Below the pieces are notes generated by a model. That model was not told the DNA's origin and made no database searches. It was given only the letters and a program-made list of their open reading frames with translations. A program made the position numbers and the translations under genes. DNA of 63,666 nt, counting the filler, from Octopus bimaculoides (lineage: Eukaryota), in NCBI RefSeq assembly GCF_001194135.2. It is 6 parts of 6 records of this genome, joined end to end, with 100 filler letters (N's around TTAATTAATTAA, not from the genome) between each part and the next. Parts side by side here need not be neighbours in the genome. Positions count along the whole stretch, not along the records: positions 1 to 22,034 come from NC_068997.1; positions 22,135 to 32,086 come from NC_068990.1; 4 more parts are not named here. One strand, given 5' to 3'. Positions 12,843-26,220 of this stretch are shown here, piece by piece. Position 1 is the stretch's first letter. Every line of letters begins with the position of its first letter.

Positions 12843-14779
12843 CTATGGCACATAAACAGAGATGGAGAAGAAAAAGGGAATGTATTCTTCAAAGACTAAA
12901 AAAAACATTCTTCAGAAATTTACCATTCTTCAATGGAAATTTACAATTTGATCAAATTTAGGTAAATTTACAATTTGATTATAATCAAAATTACAATTTA
13001 CAAGTATTCAGTGAAATTTATATAATTTAAAATATTATGTTAAATTCAAGATTTGATATTTCGTTGAAGTTTATAATTTGTCATAATATTTAAAATATTT
13101 GATTAGATTGAAACTGATATTTAATTAATACATAATTTAGAAAACTTTGTTAAATTTATAATTTAAAATATTTAGTTAACATTACAATTTAATATATTGT
13201 TCAAAGTCAAGGAAGTACAAAATTTCTCTTTAATGTTTTTTTTTATTTATTCTCGATCTTTTTAAAATTATAGATAATGTTAAAGAATTGTTATGCTTTC
13301 CAAAACTATTTAGACCAAAGTTTTGCAAAATTTTATCAATGAGTTTGAACACCATTTCTTTAAAAAATTTTAAGTAATTCTATAGAAAACTTTCACTTGG
13401 AAAATTATTTTCTACAGAGTTACCAAACAGAAAGTAGGTTTAAAGTTCACTCCAGCCAGTAAACACCACCTTTTCAGATCAATTTCTGTCTTCTCCATTG
13501 TTAACTTCACACAAACAAACAAACAATATACATTCTCTTAAAAAAACATTTTTTAAATTCAAAACTTCTGGGTTGGAGTTTTTTAGGGAGCAAAACTGAT
13601 AGGATGGCAGTGGTGTAAAATTTTCAGTAAACAACATTTTAGAAACATAATATTTGTTATCAAGTCCATTAAGAAAACCATTTTCAAACATTCAAGCAGT
13701 TTAAACTGATGGGAGCAAAATAGAAGGGTCTCTATCAGGGTGGTGGGTGTAAGCTTAGCAGTGGGGAATATAGGTTGGTCAGTACAGGGGTGGGGATTGT
13801 AGCTTAGCTGGGGAAAAAATAGATGGTTTGGTGTGTAGCTTGGGGAACAATATAGGAGGATCTCTACGTGGAAGTGTGGCTTAGCAGAGGGGCAATATAG
13901 ATAGTCAGTATAGGGAGGTTGGTATGTAGCTTAGGGGATCGATATAGGGATGTTGATGTGAGATTATTAAAACAAAATTCAAATGAAGAAACATTTAGAA
14001 ACTGTGTGTGTGTGTTTGTGTGTGTATGTAAGAGTGTATGTGTGAGAGTGCATGCAAGAGAGTGTATGTGAGAAAGTGTGAGTGAGTGTGCATGTGTGAG
14101 TATGTGCATGTACATGAGTGCATGTGTGTGTTTGTATGTGTGTAGGTGAGTGGGTGCTTGAGTGTGTGTTTGTGTACTTGTATATGTCTATTTTGAGAGT
14201 GTAGTAGATTCTGGTCTGAGTCTGGATCAGAATGAACGATCTGCTTTGCATACTTGACAGCCAGGTGGACAGTTCTCTGAGAATGAACTAGACTTATTTG
14301 ATATCTTTTTCCTCAAAACTAGATGAAAGGATTGGTGGACTGTGGTCTAAGTCTACAGCCAGATGATCTGGTATGTATATTTGAGAGCAAGGTGGACTAT
14401 GATCTCTATTTAAAGCTAAATGATCTGGTATCTATACATCACATCTAAGTGGACTGCAGTCTGAAAATGAATGCCTAAAGATTGGATGACTATTTTCATC
14501 AAAATATACTTCAAAATATATAATGTTCAGTATTCTAAGTCTTATAAAGGTTTTTCTATTTGCAGATGGAATATCCTGCCAGTAGTGACGTCTACACATA
14601 CAAAAAAAAACAAAGGGACTATCTGGTGAGAATGTTCTGGTGCCAACAGATCGGTAGTTGAAATATAACCTGTAATGGATGAAAGAAGTGGTAGAAGAAA
14701 AAACAAAAAAAATAAATGAAGACAGATTTGACAATCTCTGTAGATTATCACTTCGATAAAAGTATGAGTAATATTTCAC

Positions 14780-14878
14780 CTGATCCACATTTGTAAAACT
14801 AGCACTGGAACAAGGCTTAACAACAGTTGGTGTAAAACTGTCGAATTTCCGTGTCTCACTGCCGGGCTCCTGAATCAC
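14780..14878 (-). CDS. ATP13A3: P5B ATPase N-domain insert exon, copy B (VIQEPGSETRKFDSFTPTVVKPCSSASFTNVDQ)
   Basis: tgcag acceptor and GTGAAA donor; 99 nt, phase 0 to 0; homologous to copy A and to remembered ATP13A3 ILEE...MPTVVRP. Confidence 0.82.
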
Positions 14879-15970
14879 CTGCAATCAATATGGGAGTGGC
14901 TGATGAATGTAAACTATCGCATAAACTTCTTGGAAGGAAACATGGAAAGCTCAAAATGGATCAAATGGATCTCTTGCAGAGATCTTTGTTGCTTTCTTTA
15001 GTTTTGCTCTTTGATTTTTGTTTAGTTTTGTTTTGTGACTGCTTTGTAATTAGGACAAAAAAAAAGGCAAGAAAATGAAGCAAGAGCGCTAAATTGGTAA
15101 AAAAAAAAAAATGCCATGATAAAAGAGGGCAGAAGAAATCGAGAGGAGATTACAAGGAAAATAAAAAGCAATATTCAAGGTGAAAGCAAAAGCCTGGTAA
15201 ATTAGTTTCAAATTTTGACACAAGGCCAGCAATTTTGGGGTAGGGGTAAGTCAATTACATCAACCCCCAGTGCTCANNNNNNNNNNNNNNNNNNNNNNNN
15301 NNNNNNNNNNNNNNNNNNNNNNNNNNNNNNNNNNNNNNNNNNNNNNNNNNNNNNNNNNNNNNNNNNNNNNNNNNNNNNNNNNNNNNNNNNNNNNNNNNNN
15401 NNNNNNNNNNNNNNNNNNNNNNNNNNNNNNNNNNNNNNNNNNNNNNNNNNNNNNNNNNNNNNNNNNNNNNNNNNNNNNNNNNNNNNNNNNNNNNNNNNNN
15501 NNNNNNNNNNNNNNNNNNNNNNNNNNNNNNNNNNNNNNNNNNNNNNNNNNNNNNNNNNNNNNNNNNNNNNNNNNNNNNNNNNNNNNNNNNNNNNNNNNNN
15601 NNNNNNNNNNNNNNNNNNNNNNNNNNNNNNNNNNNNNNNNNNNNNNNNNNNNNNNNNNNNNNNNNNNNNNNNNNNNNNNNNNNNNNNNNNNNNNNNNNNN
15701 NNNNNNNNNNNATATATATATATATGTATGTATACAAAATGGAATTAAGGGTCAGACATTGTGATATGTAAAAAGCAGAAAGTTTAAAAACTGACACAGA
15801 AGATAATAATAATAATAATAATAATAATAATGTGACTCATAGCCTGATGTTAGGAACTTTTTCCAACAGTGTAATCTGTTGTGCTTATATGAAATCATCA
15901 TCATCCCAGTCATAAAAACCAACAGTCATAAGTCTCTCCAGTTGTAACACCTCCCCGTTGTAAGTCCCTC

Positions 15971-16028
15971 CAGTCATAAGACTACCCAGTCATAAGACTA
16001 CCCAGTCATAAGACTACCCAGTCATAAG
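15971..16028. repeat. 16-nt tandem repeat (cagtcataagactacc) x3.6 with degenerate flanking units
   Basis: Direct reading. Confidence 0.85.
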
Positions 16029-16337
16029 TATAAGATTCTTTCGACATAAGACCCCAGAAACATAAACCTCCCATCTGGATGTAATCCCCTCTAGTCCTAT
16101 GTCTGTCCAGACTTTGATGATGATGGTAAGAATAATATTTCTAATAAAGGTGCAAGGCCTGAAATTTGGGGGTGGGGGCTAGTCAATTATATCGAGCGCC
16201 AGTGCATAACTGGTACTTATTTTAACAATCTCAAGAGAATGAAAGATTAAGTCGACTTTGGCAGAATTTGAACTCAGAATGTAAAGAAGATCTAAATGCC
16301 AGAACTGGCATGCTAACAATTCTGCCAGTTCACTAAC

Positions 16338-16386
<49 letters not shown>

Positions 16387-16610
16387 TCATCATCATCATT
16401 TCTACTAAAGGCACAAGATTTGAAATTTTGGGAGAGGGGACTAGTCGACCACATCGACCCCAGTACTCAACCGGTACTAACTTTATCAACCTCAAAAGGA
16501 TGAAAGGCAAAGATGACCTTGGCAGAATTTGAACTCAAAATGTAAAGATGAACTAAATGCTGCTAAGCATTTTGCCCAGTGTGTTAATAATTCTGCTAGC
16601 TACCACCTTC

Positions 16611-16656
<46 letters not shown>

Positions 16657-16812
16657 TGATAATAATATTCAGGCATTATTATTATTTATCTTCTGTCAGT
16701 TTCATGCAAACAAAGGGTTGAAAAATAAGCTTAAAAAAATTTGATAATTAAAAAAAAATTGAAATAAAAATGAAACACAGCAGGAAAGGGGGGGTCTGTA
16801 TTTATTTCCTAC

Positions 16813-17004
16813 CACGGAATCAGAATCACCGAGATGCAAGAATGAACCATTAGAAGTGGCAAATAAGGCGTCGTTATTCTCTGCAGAAGTAGTGGTAAGG
16901 TCAGAAGTAGAGGCAGTAGCAGTGATTGAGGTGCTGCGCGGACGCACCACCGTCGGCATGAGACTATCAAAGCGTGTTGTGTCTTTACCAGGTTCGTCCA
17001 GTAC
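16813..17004 (-). CDS. ATP13A3: P5B ATPase N-domain insert exon, copy A (VLDEPGKDTTRFDSLMPTVVRPRST...GDSDSV)
   Basis: pyrimidine tract, gagcag acceptor and GTAGGA donor; 192 nt, phase 0 to 0; MPTVVRP motif. Confidence 0.88.
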
Positions 17005-17344
17005 CTGCTCAACGGAGAAGAGAAAAGAGGAGAAGAGAAAGAAGAGAGAAATGTATACACATTTATTCACAGAGAGGAAATGGTCACTGTATGATGGTGG
17101 AATATGGTATCAGTAGACACTAACTTCTGGTAATAACAATAATTACAACAGTAACAATAAGAACAGTGGTAAAAATAAAAATAATACAAAGAAGAATGGT
17201 AGAGAGAAATGGGTTCCTGGAAACTGAAGACAGACACAAGAATTGGAAGGAGATGAAAGAAGAGAGAAGACCAGAAAATGGGAATGAGAATAAGAAAATA
17301 AAAAGATGAGAGAAAACAATGAGAGGAAATGAGAGCAAAAAGCA

Positions 17345-17355
17345 GAGACAGGGAA

Positions 17356-17412
<57 letters not shown>

Positions 17413-17660
17413 AAGAGAGAGAGAGAAAGGGAAGGAGAGAGAGAGAGAAAGGGAAGGAGAGAGAGAGAGGGAGGGAGAGAGAGAGGGAGGGAGAGAGNNN
17501 NNNNNNNNNNNNNNNNNNNNNNNNNNNNNNNNNNNNNNNNNNNNNNNNNNNNNNNNNNNNAGAGAGAGAGAGAAAGAGAGAGAGAGAAAGGGAAGGAGAG
17601 AGAGAGAGGGAGGGAGAGAGAGAGGGAGGGAGAGAGAGGGAGGGAGAGAGAGAGAGGCAG
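17345..17660. repeat. (GA)n/(GGGA)n microsatellite spanning a gap
   Basis: Direct reading. Confidence 0.95.
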
Positions 17661-19784
17661 AAAAGAATGAAAAAGGAAGAAAAAGAAAACAGGAAAAAGT
17701 GAGAGAAAGAAAAGAAACAGAAAGGAAGAGAAGAAAAGCAAGATGATGACAACAAAAAAAAAATGGCAGAGGAAGAAAGCAACCAAAGATCAAAAGAAAG
17801 AAATAAAGCAAAAGAAGAGGAAGAGGGATACAGATGAAGATGAAAAATAAAATGACAGAAGATAGCAGGAAAATCCCAACAAAACTAAAACAAAGAATGA
17901 AAAAAAGGCAAAAATGAAAAAAAAAAATACAAATGAAACATCAGCAGCATCATAATCACTATCACAAGACTTGCCTGACTCAAATAAATGTAAACCTAAC
18001 ACCAAAACCTGTAAATACAACAGAGCCATACATACAGTGTAATGTGTGTGTTTGCACATATCTACATGCATACTTACATACATACATATATACATACATA
18101 TATACATGCATGTATGTATGTAGAAGGTATAAGGATTGAAGAATTGTATCAAGAACACAATGAAGGCAGTCAAAACCTTGGAAAATGGATAGGAAACCAT
18201 TATTCCAGATGGTTCGTCACTGAGGGAAGCAGTGCCTCATGTGAAGGAGAACTCTAACAAAATTGCATCAAGCATGAACAGTTGAAGAAAGACCTTGGTA
18301 AGAGTCTTGGTGTACATTTTCCTGAGTATTTTGGAGCACAGCCTGAATGAGTGTGGGCATGTCTGTCTAAGTGAGGCAGGCCTCAGAAGTATAAAAGGAA
18401 CACCCCCCACCCACCCCCTACACACAGGGCATCTTTATTTACAAGGAGTACAGAAAAGAATGCACCAGGAGGCAGAGTGAAATGTCATATGAAGGTTCAC
18501 AAAAGTAATATTCTAACACCTACTACAAGAGGTGCCCATCATTAGCACATCTGTGCAAAAGAATGTAGGTCACTAGCAGGGCTGAAAAACCACATCTGTG
18601 TTGTTCATATTTAAGAGAAAAATCAACCAATGACATTTTTCAAAACATGAGTTTCAAAACATCATATATATAAAAATCTGTGTATATCATGTAGCTCTAG
18701 TTTACTCAGATGTAAATGAGCACCAATCTGGTGCCTGCCCTCTCTCCTTCCATGTACTGGTGCTGCCCTCTTTCCCTTCATGTACTGGTGCTGCCTTCAC
18801 TCCTATGTACAGTAATGCAACTAAATAGCACAAAACATTTTTGTCTGAGATGCTACAACAATAACTACAACAAGGATTTTCGACTCAAGATGCATCATTT
18901 GGAGTGACGACACAATGCAAGAGCAAGCAGGCATGCAAAACCTTGTCACTCTTAATTTTAAACAAGACTCTAAGACTCAAGTCATTACGATAAAAATCAA
19001 GATGCAACAAAATTCCAGAGCTGCAATACAGGAACTCCTGTCATTGACTGACAAGCAATAGGAGATATTATAATAATAATAATAATAATGATAATAATAA
19101 TATGTAAAGAACTAGAAACAATCCTACACGGCTCTAAGATTTTAGCCAATTCAACAGGTTGATGATGATGGTAGAGAAGGTGGTGGTGATTATGATGATG
19201 GTAGTGGTTTTGATGATGATGATATCTAAATTTACCAAAGCCCACAAAATTAGGAGCATGTCTGTAGTAGTGTGAAATTTGAAATGACCTCAGTATATCA
19301 CTGGGATATGGTTTATTGACAAAAGACAAATTTGACATCAGCAAGAATTGCTCTCAAAATGTAGAAACATCAACCACAAAACATATTTAGACCATCTCCA
19401 CTGTCTTAGAACAACTATTAATAATAATAATAATAACTGTGTTATAGGCACAAGGGCTGAAATTTTGGGGCAGGGGTCTAGTTGATTATAATGACCCCTA
19501 ATGTTCAACTGGTACTCATACTGTTGACCTTGAAAAGATGAAAGGCAAATAAGAATGGTTTGATTATAGTTAAAAGACTTCGATCTCAAACTCTTGACTG
19601 GTACATTGGTTTATTGATCCTAGAAGGATGAAAGGCAAAGTTGAGGACCTGAGTAGAATATAAAGGGACATCACAACTGTTCAACCCATGCCAGCATGGA
19701 AAGCGGACGTTAAACAACGATGATGATGATGATGATGATCACTCAATAATACAATTTTATGTTTGGCCAATACAAAGCGCATAT

Positions 19785-19817
<33 letters not shown>

Positions 19818-22034
19818 ACACCACACCACCAGCATCATCATCATCATCATCATTTAACGTTCATGTCCCATACTGGTAGGAGTAGGAGGGTTTGATAGGA
19901 TCCAACAAGTCTGCCAACTGCATTGTGTTCCAATGTCTGCTTTGGTATTGTTTTTATGGCTGGATGGCATTCCTAATGCCAACCACTATACAGTGTGTAC
20001 TTAATGCTGTGTTTTTTTTTTTTTCGTGACACCAGCACTAATGAGGTCGCCATGCAGCTTGCAACACTTAATATCCCTTTAACTGAGCGAGGACTACAAT
20101 AACAGGAGACAGTAAGCAGGAAATTGAAACATTTGTGCTTTCGCCAGGTTCATTAACAGTGTACAAGAAATAATGTGATTTAGTGAGCCTCCACCAAGAA
20201 CTAAAGCTTGTGTCTCACACCCACAGTTTGCTGGAATCATGTCTTGTGCTCTACAAACTACAATGCTTGCCACAACGCAGGTTTTACTCTGAACAGATTG
20301 TCTTGTGTTATGGATTCTTATATTGAAAGTAAATTTAAGACAAAACAAAAAAAAAAAAAGACCAAGAGAAGATACCATAGCATTAAAGTGTTACTAAGCA
20401 CAAAAGCCACTGAATGTAATTTTAAGGTTTACAGTTTGTGCATTAGATTTATAAACCATTACATGAATTATACACATATTAAAATTTTGCTAAAGCATAG
20501 TGATACTAATAACTAACAGTTAGAACTCAATATATATATATGCTTTAGAATAAAGCGTTAGGTGAGTAATGTTAATTAAAAAATGACAAGAGAACAGGAG
20601 TCAAATAAGCTAACAAAGGTGATCACAACTCCTGTTAACTTGTCATATATATATATATATATATANNNNNNNNNNNNNNNNNNNNNNNNNNNNNNNNNNN
20701 NNNNNNNNNNNNNNNNNNNNNNNNNNNNNNNNNNNNNNNNNNNNNNNNNNNNNNNNNNNNNNNNNNNNNNNNNNNNNNNNNNNNNNNNNNNNNNNNNNNN
20801 NNNNNNNNNNNNNNNNNNNNNNNNNNNNNNNNNNNNNNNNNNNNNNNNNNNNNNNNNNNNNNNNNNNNNNNNNNNNNNNNNNNNNNNNNNNNNNNNNNNN
20901 NNNNNNNNNNNNNNNNNNNNNNNNNNNNNNNNNNNNNNNNNNNNNNNNNNNNNNNNNNNNNNNNNNNNNNNNNNNNNNNNNNNNNNNNNNNNNNNNNNNN
21001 NNNNNNNNNNNNNNNNNNNNNNNNNNNNNNNNNNNNNNNNNNNNNNNNNNNNNNNNNNNNNNNNNNNNNNNNNNNNNNNNNNNNNNNNNNNNNNNNNNNN
21101 NNNNNNNNNNNNNNNNNNNNNNNNNNNNNNNNNNNNNNNNNNNNNNNNNGAAAAAGACAAACAAGATTAAATAAATAACCCTTTTGTGATTGCATTTCTT
21201 ATGAAACAAGTCTTCTGTTTGTTTCAATTAATTTTAAATATAAAAAATAATGGAGTCTGGAAGACTACAGAGAACATTAAAGTAAAACACAGAATCCAAA
21301 TAGACTGGCAGTGGTCTGTATTGGAAACAGACTGAATTGATTAATTTGATAGTGAAATTATTTAAATTGGTGTGTCCTTGTGAGAGGAAGTTTCTTATAT
21401 TTTGGACAAAATTCTTCTTTCAGAAACAGATAACTTTATCAGAAATGGCAAACGCTTCCATTCCATACTGACTTAAATAATTTTATTTTTTTTATGCCCT
21501 GAAGCAAAATATCTATTTTCAGTTGTAGAAATGGTATTGGCAACATGTCTTACAAAAAACAAAAGAGGTTCTTATATGGAATAATAATAATAATAATAAT
21601 AACAATAATAACAACAACAATAATAATAAAATAGTAATAATAATAATAATAAAATAATAATAATAATAATAATAAAATAATAATAATAATAATAATGGTT
21701 TCAAATTTTGGCACAAGGCCAGCAATTTCGGAGAAGAGGGTTAGTCGATTATATCGACCCCAGTGTTCAACTGGTACTTAGTTCATCAACCCTGAAAGGA
21801 TGAAAGGCAAAGTCGACCTCAGCAGAATTTGGACCCAGAATGTTAAGTCAGACAAAATACCGTTAAGCATTGTGCCCAGCATACTAACAATTCTGCCAGC
21901 TCACCATCCTATTGATAATAACAACAACAATAATAATAATGATAATAATGATAATAATAATAATAATAATAATATGGTAAGGGAGTTTATTTTAAAATTA
22001 AATATTAACATTTTTTGAAAGATAAGTCTTTTAT

Positions 22035-22134
22035 NNNNNNNNNNNNNNNNNNNNNNNNNNNNNNNNNNNNNNNNNNNNTTAATTAATTAANNNNNNNNNN
22101 NNNNNNNNNNNNNNNNNNNNNNNNNNNNNNNNNN
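22035..22134. other. Artificial 100-nt join spacer (44 N + TTAATTAATTAA + 44 N)
   Basis: Same layout at 32087-32186, 42783-42882, 59398-59497 and 61776-61875; TTAATTAATTAA puts stops in all six frames. Confidence 0.95.
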
Positions 22135-23483
22135 CTGCTGGCGACAAAGGGACTCTCACTCAGAGTAAAAGGCAGACTGTATGACGCATGTGTACGAACA
22201 GCCATGCTACATGGCAGTGAAACATGGGCTGTGACTGCTGAAGACATGCGTAAGCTCGCAAGGAATGAAACCAGTATGCTCCGCTAGATGTGTAATGTCA
22301 GTGTGCATACCCGACAGAGTGTAGGTATCTTGAGAGAAAAGCTGAACATAAGAAGCATCAGTCGTGGTATGCAAGAGAGGCGATTGCGCTGGTATGGACA
22401 TGTGGTGAGAATGGACGATGATAGCTGCGTGAAAAAGTGCCACACCCTAACAGTTGAGGGAACCCGTGGAAGAGGTAGGCCCAGGAAGACCTGGGCTGAG
22501 GTGGTGAGGCAAAACCTTCGGACACTGGGCCTCACCGAGGCGATGACTTCTGACCGAGACCTTTGGAAATGTGCTGTGCGTGAGAAGACCCGGCAAGCCA
22601 AGTGAGACCTAAATCCAATGTTCTGCCAGGGGTGTAGCCAGCCCACTTATGCGTACCTTTCCTACATTGGACACTAAACTCCGCTTGCGAAGACTTGTTG
22701 AGGCAAGTGAAATCGAACTAAATTCGACGATTGGCNNNNNNNNNNNNNNNNNNNNNNNNNNNNNNNNNNNNNNNNNNNNNNNNNNNNNNNNNNNNNNNNN
22801 NNNNNNNNNNNNNNNNNNNNNNNNNNNNNNNNNNNNNNNNNNNNNNNNNNNNNNNNNNNNNNNNNNNNNNNNNNNNNNNNNNNNNNNNNNNNNNNNNNNN
22901 NNNNNNNNNNNNNNNNNNNNNNNNNNNNNNNNNNNNNNNNNNNNNNNNNNNNNNNNNNNNNNNNNNNNNNNNNNNNNNNNNNNNNNNNNNNNNNNNNNNN
23001 NNNNNNNNNNNNNNNNNNNNNNNNNNNNNNNNNNNNNNNNNNNNNNNNNNNNNNNNNNNNNNNNNNNNNNNNNNNNNNNNNNNNNNNNNNNNNNNNNNNN
23101 NNNNNNNNNNNNNNNNNNNNNNNNNNNNNNNNNNNNNNNNNNNNNNNNNNNNNNNNNNNNNNNAAAATACACCATTTTGAGCGTGGCCGTTGCCAGAACC
23201 GTCTAACTGGCCTTCGTAGGATTTTCGAGCGAGATCGTTGCCAGTGCCCTTGGACTGGCTCTTGTGCGGATGGCACATAAAATACACCATTTTGAGCGTG
23301 GCCGTTGCCAGTACCGCCTGACTGGCCTTCGTGCGGGTGACACGTAAAAGCACCCACTACACTCTCTGATTGGAGGCTGGTGTTGCCATCCGGTTTCACC
23401 AGTCCTCAGTCAAATCGTCCAACCCATGCTAGCATGGAAAGCGGACGTTAAACGATGATGATAATGATGATGATGATGATGAT
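22135..23483 (+). mobile_element. RTE-clade LINE, 3-prime part (ORF2 C-terminus, 3-prime UTR, (GAT)n tail)
   Basis: RRLRWYGHVVRM...GRGRPRKTW; in-frame stop at about 22285; tail gttaaacgatgatgat. Confidence 0.9.
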
Positions 23484-23492
23484 ACACACACA

Positions 23493-24570
23493 CACTCTGA
23501 ACCGCAAAAAGAAATGCGTAACATGTGTGACTGTTAAATATGTCTTAATTTCATTATGTCAGAGATAAATTTTAATAAATCTAAAAACGTCAATTTCTTG
23601 AATGCATTTTGAACACAGTCTATGGGTCGTTGTCCTGTGTTCTGGTAGTGGGCGGATCAAGCACATCGAGATTGTAGTGTGTGACATGTTCAATACTCTT
23701 TATGCCCTCCCTGTGTGTTCAAAACGGTCATACACCGTCGATACATGGAGTGCATGAGGCGGTTCACAAAAGCCATTAGCAACTGTGCCCTCACCTTGAG
23801 GAAAGCTACCACCAGTTCCACACGAGTTGTCGACCTTGGAACCACCTGATTCAGCCGTCTCTCGGTTTTATCCCACAGGTGTTCAAATGGGTTCAAATCC
23901 GAGCTAAGAGCTGGGCACGACATGGCTCTGAATTTGTGTTGACGCAGGAAGTCCCTCTGCCTGTACCAACATTTTGGAATACATGGGGCCCACTTCTCTG
24001 ATTCAGGCCTATAACATCCCAAACCATGATGCTTTGGCCACCCCACGCATCTCTCTGCATGACACATGCATCTCTGTAGTGTTCACCTCCTCCTACGCCA
24101 CACCCCCACTCTGCCATCCAAGGTGAAACCGCAGTACCGTCTCTCATCAGAGAAGACTATCGACCTCCACTGTTGATACCGCCAATGTCGGTGCTGTGTA
24201 GCCCACTGTAGTCATGCCTGACAGTGGTAGGCGGTGAGGACAGGCCCTCGAGTAGGTCGACGGCAACGCAGGTTGTTGGCGGCCAGTCGATGTCGTATCG
24301 TGTCGTTGCTGATGGGTCACTGCTTTGTGCCAATATTCTCGCGAGCTGTCACGCTGGTCGGTCTGAAGCGATCACGGAGGTGTTGCAAGTGGATGAAGTG
24401 GTCCTGCCTGGACGTGGTCACTTGGTGTTGTATCGCTGTTGCAGGCGATAGATGGTGCTGACATAGACACTGTAAGCTTTCGCAACAACCAGGGCACGCT
24501 GCTCCACTTGTAATCGGCCGACAGCTTGTTCTCTCTGCGCTACTGACAATCAGGTCATACCTGATGCGTC
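23493..24570 (-). mobile_element. Degenerate Tc1-type DNA transposon lacking its 5-prime terminus
   Basis: ATG at 24556-24558 then LSVAQREQAVGRLQ...STIYRL; SDLNPFEHLWD and SMYRRC...GGH motifs; probable TIR cactctgaaccgcaaaaagaaatg at 23493. Confidence 0.85.
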
Positions 24571-24584
24571 CAAATTACGAATCT

Positions 24585-25900
24585 ATTTTTTATTCTCCAC
24601 AAAGGGATAAGACATAGATTGAACACTACAAGGACAGACAAGATAGCACAAACAAAAAGGTGAGGGGAAAAAAACGAATGAAAAATGGATTTATGATAAC
24701 AGATAAAAAGGGTGAAATGATGATTACACGGACCCCACAACCCATGCAATCTCATTGAAATTGTATAGAAATTTACACATAATTTTTAGTCTTGTATGTT
24801 AATTGAAAGGTCACTATTTAATTTGAGTCTCTGAGGGTGTTTTACTGTGATGACAGTGTTGCATTGTTTTTCTTTTGTGCGTGTGTGTAACTGTTTTGCA
24901 AGTTTTAGTAATTGGGTTCGAAGAGTTTTGTATCTTTTTTTGTGTTTGGTCTTGTGTATCCGTTTTTATATTTTTAATGTTCGTGTGAGGGGGGTATTTT
25001 TTCCTCTTCCTCTTTGTCACCGACCAGTCATTGTCACTTACCTCCATTGAGGTAGATGGAATATCCATTGCAGACTCCATCTGTGTATTCTCCTCCTTTT
25101 CCACTGATTCTTCTACTGTGTTCCGCTTGGTAATCTCTTTCCCTGAGGGATTCTCTTCAGGTGTCGTCTTTTCTCCTTCACTTTGTTGTACAATGGGTGC
25201 TTCCTTTCTTTTTGTCTGTGCTGCTGTATGTTCTTCAGGTTGCAGGGTCTGGGGGCACGTTGCTTTTATGTGACCTTCAGTCCACACCTGAAGTACCTTG
25301 GACTTCTGCCCGGAACCATTATCCTTAACTTTGTTTCATCGGGTAGAATGACAAATTCTGGGATCTCTTCTAGATCCCTAACTTTTGCCGCACCACTTTT
25401 GTAAGACTTTGCTTTCAACTTGAAGAAGGGTTACCTCCTCTTTTATATACACACATATGGCTGCTATTAGCCAAGCCGGACAGATTTCTGGCGGATAATC
25501 TTCAATTGCTATTTTCGCTGTTCGTTTTCTTTAATAAGTCGGCAGCAGCGCCAGCTCCACCAGCAAGGGCTATTGCTGATACTTCTTTTGCATCAACTTC
25601 AGAGATGAATTGCACTTCCACCATGCCAAACTTCCTTCCTCTTTTTACGAACGAAAACCTGTGCTGAATGATTTTTATACATTCTTCAATTGCCTCTCTA
25701 GATGCCATCTCTATCTTTTTCGTCTTTAGCGACAGCTTCCTGTAGACGATCGCTCTTATTGCGACTCTTTGTGTAACTTCTTCTGTGGGTGGGTCAGTCT
25801 CACATTGGTTCCCTCCCCCTGTAGAATTGGGTTAAATGTCCTTACTACTATCGGTTTGATAGTGTATCTTTTTTTATAGCTAACGATGGTGGCCGCATAT
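24585..25900 (-). mobile_element. ORF1-only L1/Tx1-related retroelement (half-L1-like), frameshifted
   Basis: KKIEMASREAIEEC and ETKLRIMVPGRSPRYFRCGLKGHIKATCPQ are homologous to ORF1 at 29434-30255; ORF1 stop (24814) is followed by about 230 nt UTR and AATAAA, with no EN/RT. Confidence 0.7.
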
Positions 25901-26220
25901 TCTCTTTTTTTTCATTTTCCGACTCGGAGTCCTCACTCCCACAAAGTTCGGACACGTCATACTTGCAGACTGTATTTTCCATTTTTATGTAAGAACAAAT
26001 TTCTTACACAAAAACAAATCGCCCCTAAACGGGGGAAACAAATAGAAAAACAAAGCTTGCCGAAGCAGGCAATGCGTCAAAAATGACACAAAACAGTCAA
26101 TCACAGAAAGGCAATCCCAAAGGGAAAAAAGCCGCAACAGCAACAAATAAAACAGTACTCAATAGTAAGAATAACCTTCTATCACTTCTAAAATAACCAA
26201 CTTGAATGGCATCCAAATCA

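Noticed and set aside
14560-14672. Exon-like stretch after a strong acceptor just downstream of exon B
   Set aside because: The phase-0 reading hits TAG with no good donor; a second acceptor gives TSLLAG then a stop. It cannot be fitted to the phases.
15971-16028. Short direct repeats as a CRISPR array
   Set aside because: Head-to-tail units with no spacers, in a eukaryotic intron.
15215-23399. Long ORFs made mainly of X
   Set aside because: Artefacts of translating N gaps.
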